Shown one piece after another: positions 63,101 through 64,000 of a stretch of DNA of 64,000 bases (positions within the stretch are counted from its first letter, which is position 1; each line of letters opens with the position of its first letter). The DNA is taken from contig JAYWIR010000045.1 of the NCBI GenBank assembly GCA_036172245.1, positions 992,001-1,056,000 of the forward strand, in the 5' to 3' direction. The translations under genes were made by a program, and so were the position numbers. The stretch is from Raillietiella orientalis. Taxonomy: Eukaryota. The notes beneath the pieces were generated by a model. The model worked only from the letters and a program-made list of their open reading frames with translations, ran no database searches and had not been told where the DNA came from.

Positions 63101-64000
63101 TGGAAGTAGACTGATGACGTTCAACGGACTGCAGTTGCACTGCTTCGTGCGTACGTCGTCTTCCTTATTTTGCTTTTTTTGTTTGTGTTCTCGTCGCACC
63201 ATCCTGGTACCCGAACATTTCCAAGATCAGTATCAGGAAGAGAGAACAAATAGATCGTCAGAGAGCATTCATATAGGAACAAAGAGCTGCGCGCGTTTTC
63301 GAAGGAAAAAAGTCATGGAGGTTGCCGTCGCTAATTAGTGGGTTGTGAAGCTCATGCCTTTATTCAATGAAATGTACACGGTCCTCAGAAATGAATACAC
63401 TTCTCAGCAGCACGGCCCATAACAAGGACTCAGAATTCACGCAAAAGCGTTATCTGTATTCGTATCTGAATTCAGGGATGCGAGTATTAGTACCTAATCA
63501 ATAATGTTGTACAGTGGAGAGAACGTCGTGTACAGTAACATGAAAATGCATCGCCTTGCTTTTGGGGTGCACTGCCATTCGTCGATTCGAAACAGCATTC
63601 TATCAGGACGTTGTATGATGAAAAGGGAGGAGGTTCACTTTCTGTACACCCTGCGCTAATCTGTATTAATGAGTGTATCCGCAGTTATTGCGAGAGATGA
63701 CACTAATGAATGCAGCTGATTAACTGACGCGAGCAACACGATGTGTTCAAGATCCCGTTTCGAAAGCGGCACCTATTTTATAGGCGTGCTTCGAGGAAGC
63801 ACACGAGCATGCATGTGTACAGTAGCAGATGCGTGCACGGATTCATCGGGAGAAGGAGAAACTGGGATGCAAAGATACGCCGGGACCAATCCCGGAAGTT
63901 CATCTCAATCGTCGCACAACCGATGTTAATTTACAGTCCACATCAGGAATTGTTTTTCCCCATAACTTATAAAAAGATAGACGTCGTTTTGTTCAAATGG

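Noticed and set aside
1..64000. CRISPR array, rRNA, prokaryotic operon or hammerhead ribozyme
   Set aside because: No regularly spaced repeat-spacer units or rRNA signature; the CTGATGA occurrences I checked lack the stems and GAAA core.

Overview
Eukaryotic, arthropod-like genomic DNA with spliced genes, so the ORF track is mostly noise. Two genes can be rebuilt exon by exon. (1) A compact, AT-rich HAUS3/augmin subunit 3-like gene on + (22551-24947, 11 exons, about 506 aa, mostly 41-54 nt introns). (2) A convergent acatalytic carbonic anhydrase-related protein gene (CARP, CA10/CA11-like) on -, with 8 coding exons between 57458 and 27924 and GC/CpG-rich introns up to about 10.8 kb; its first and last exons are unresolved. 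The CARP locus also holds a tRNA-headed SINE-like family with UUCG hairpins, a rearranged ghost copy of one of its own exons and a duplicated intron 5' end. The first ~15 kb and last ~4 kb look like decayed intronless coding fragments: an ionotropic receptor pseudogene, an L1/Tx1 zf-RVT end, and weaker helicase, RNase H, HEPN and death-domain resemblances. I found no CRISPR array, rRNA, intact tRNA or operon, and cannot support a new biological system; the findings are leads. Family assignments come from recalled motifs, not database searches.
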